A DNA stretch of 64,000 nt from Polyangiaceae bacterium. Its GTDB lineage: Bacteria; Myxococcota_A; Polyangia; Polyangiales; Polyangiaceae. How positions within the stretch are numbered: position 1 is the stretch's first letter; every line of letters begins with the position of its first letter. The notes below the pieces were generated by a model. The model worked only from the letters and a program-made list of their open reading frames with translations, was not told the DNA's origin and made no database searches. The stretch lies in contig JBGANF010000022.1 in the NCBI GenBank assembly GCA_044222475.1, positions 1-64,000 of the forward strand, read 5' to 3'. A program made the translations under genes and the position numbers. This document shows positions 62,228-64,000 of this stretch, one piece after another.

Positions 62228-63092
62228 GGATCGCGGCGATCACCGCGGCGGCATCGACGGGGACGCCGATCGCCCGGAGACCGGGCAGGAACACGTCGGG
62301 GACGAACTTGCGGTAGAGGTCTTGCTCCTCGCGCATCGAGCACACGCCGTGGACGGCGAGCCGCGTGTCGTCGTTGGTGACGTCGACGGCGGCGGGCGCT
62401 TCGTCGGTGCCGAAGAGGTTCGCGCCGATCCCCGCGACGTACGAGGGGATGGCTTCGGCGACCATGCGTCGCGTGGTGTCGTCGGTCGTCTTGAAGGCGT
62501 GCGCGAGGTACGCCCAACCGACGCGCGCGTGGACGATCTCGTCGGCGAGGAACACCGTGAGGACGCCATGAACGACCGGGTCGACGGCGCGATTGCGCAG
62601 CATCGCGAGCTCGGTGCATGCGAACGTCTCGCCGAGGCACGACAGCAAGATCGCCGAGCGACACGCCTGGGCGACGGCCGTCAACGACTCGTCGGCTGGG
62701 AGCGCCGAGATCTCGCGCGGGAGCGGCGGTTGCTCGCCGCCGTAGATCTCGACCATCTTCACCGCGAGCTCGGTGTGACGGAGCTCGTCGATGCAGACGC
62801 GGTGACAGACCGCGACGAGATCGACGGGAGCGCCGGCGGCGATGAAGTCGAAGCTGAGCGTCGAGAAGCCGGTGATCGACCGATACTCGGTCGGGATGCG
62901 CTCGCCCCAGATGCGGGCGAGCTCCGCCTTCATGTCGGGGTCGAGCTTGGGCGCGTGCGTCTCGGCCCACGGGATCGGCCGGTGAAAGCCGCGCATGAGG
63001 CGGGCGTACTCGGTGCGCATCGGCGTGTCGGAGATCCACGCCGCCGCGTCGGCTGGAAACAACTCGATCGGCTCTTGCTCAGCGGCGAGCAC
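62220..63092 (-). CDS. Ferritin-like diiron domain protein (start 63092 or 63113)
   Basis: EYRS...DELRH...GETFA...DEIVH, a two-ExxH four-helix diiron pattern. Confidence 0.75.
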   Translation of the reverse strand: MLAAEQEPIELFPADAAAWISDTPMRTEYARLMRGFHRPIPWAETHAPKLDPDMKAELARIWGERIPTEYRSITGFSTLSFDFIAAGAPVDLVAVCHRVCIDELRHTELAVKMVEIYGGEQPPLPREISALPADESLTAVAQACRSAILLSCLGETFACTELAMLRNRAVDPVVHGVLTVFLADEIVHARVGWAYLAHAFKTTDDTTRRMVAEAIPSYVAGIGANLFGTDEAPAAVDVTNDDTRLAVHGVCSMREEQDLYRKFVPDVFLPGLRAIGVPVDAAAVIAAIPT

Positions 63093-63435
63093 GCACCGCT
63101 CCAGCGAAACCACGGGTGGGCATCTGCCTCGTTGCGGTCGGCGGGGTGCGCGGACGAACGGTGGCGGTGGGCGGAGCCGTCTCGGTCGCGGTCGCGGTCG
63201 GGACGGCGGTTGCGCTGGCCGTCGCGCTGGCGGTCGCGCTGGGTGTGGCCGTCGCCGATGCGGAGGGGGTCGGCGGGAGCGTCACGGTCGACCCGCTGGG
63301 GAGCGGCTGCGAGTCGCCCGGAGGCGGAGTCTCGGCGGGTGGCGTGCAGGCCGCGATCAGCGCGGGCGTGAGCATCGCGGCGCTCATCACCGAACGGACG
63401 ACATCGTTGATGGGTGACCGACCTTGGTACGACAT
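63079..63435 (-). CDS. Small lipoprotein with Pro/Thr/Ala/Ser stalk and C-terminal tip (candidate precursor/substrate)
   Basis: Lipobox LIAAC; low-complexity stalk; ends RQMPTRGFAGAVRARR; sits between the rSAM and diiron genes. Confidence 0.6.
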   Translation of the reverse strand: MSYQGRSPINDVVRSVMSAAMLTPALIAACTPPAETPPPGDSQPLPSGSTVTLPPTPSASATATPSATASATASATAVPTATATETAPPTATVRPRTPPTATRQMPTRGFAGAVRARR

Positions 63436-63444
63436 GGCCAAAGT

Positions 63445-64000
63445 CTACACTGAAGACGCGATCGGCAAGCGTCGTTTCGGCGAGCTCGGCGAGCTCTCCC
63501 ACTCGACGAACGGATCGACCGAGTGGTCGCCCTTGACCCACGCCGCCGCTGCGCCGCATCCGCCGCCGCATGTCGTCTCGTGTGCGCAGCCCCGGCAGTA
63601 CGCCGGCAGCATGGCCCGATAGCGATGAGGGTCGCCGGGGGCGAACAGCTGGGCGACGTCGAGCGCGGGATCGAGCACGTCGCGCGCGCCGTCGATCGGA
63701 TCGCGGTGCAGCGCGCAATGTCGAATCTCGCCCTTCGGACCGAGCGCGAACTCTTGGCGAGGCGTCCCGATCGGGCAGTCGTGGAAGTCGATCTCCGGAA
63801 AGCGCGTCAGCTCGACGGCGCACGGGGGGATCGGCATCGTCGAGAAGAGGATGACCTTCGGGTCGACGCGCGCGATCGCGGCCGCGGCTTCGAGCGCTCG
63901 GGAGACGTCCTCGCGCGAGGGCATGAGCTCGCGCGCGAGCGCCGTCGCATATCCGGCCGGGCTGAAGCGACTCAGCGCGATCTTACGCACGCCGAGGGAC
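63445..64000 (-). CDS. Radical SAM enzyme, C-terminal SPASM domain (5' part outside the window)
   Basis: CPIG...GEIRHC...CRGCAHETTCGGGC...DP is a SPASM cysteine pattern; the CxxxCxxC motif is not visible in the window. Confidence 0.8.
   Translation of the reverse strand, partial: SLGVRKIALSRFSPAGYATALARELMPSREDVSRALEAAAAIARVDPKVILFSTMPIPPCAVELTRFPEIDFHDCPIGTPRQEFALGPKGEIRHCALHRDPIDGARDVLDPALDVAQLFAPGDPHRYRAMLPAYCRGCAHETTCGGGCGAAAAWVKGDHSVDPFVEWESSPSSPKRRLPIASSV

Overview
A very GC-rich, gene-dense window that looks like a myxobacterial (Myxococcota, probably Polyangiales-like) chromosome. The taxonomic call is inferred from the split atp operon with two b subunits, a kinase/TPR/GAF/sigma54 hybrid regulator, a MYXO-CTERM-type protein and many Cys-rich lipoproteins. 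Most of it is housekeeping, envelope and redox genes: atpF'/atpF/atpH, pssA, cpoB(ybgF), tsaP-like, ccsA-hemA, a clpB-like gene, grxC, trxC, two peroxiredoxins, GST, a flotillin operon, a stand-alone 5'-3' exonuclease and tRNA-Arg(UCG). The most unusual signals are: (1) a radical-SAM/SPASM enzyme, a low-complexity lipoprotein with a short C-terminal tip and a ferritin-like diiron enzyme packed as one operon at the right edge (candidate lipoprotein-anchored RiPP-like system); (2) an orphan, signal-peptide-bearing protein that appears to be two nested T4 gp19-like tail-tube domains, next to the tRNA; (3) a HEAT-repeat protein ending in a HEPN-like RNxxxH domain; (4) a PKS-free LbH-FkbH plus LbH-ACP gene pair; (5) a GxxExxY nuclease-like gene enclosed by long inverted repeats, plus a similar ORF-less inverted-repeat element elsewhere; (6) a ClpB-like protein with a degenerate first ATPase site. 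All family assignments come from motif recognition by eye; no searches were run, and several start codons are best guesses.
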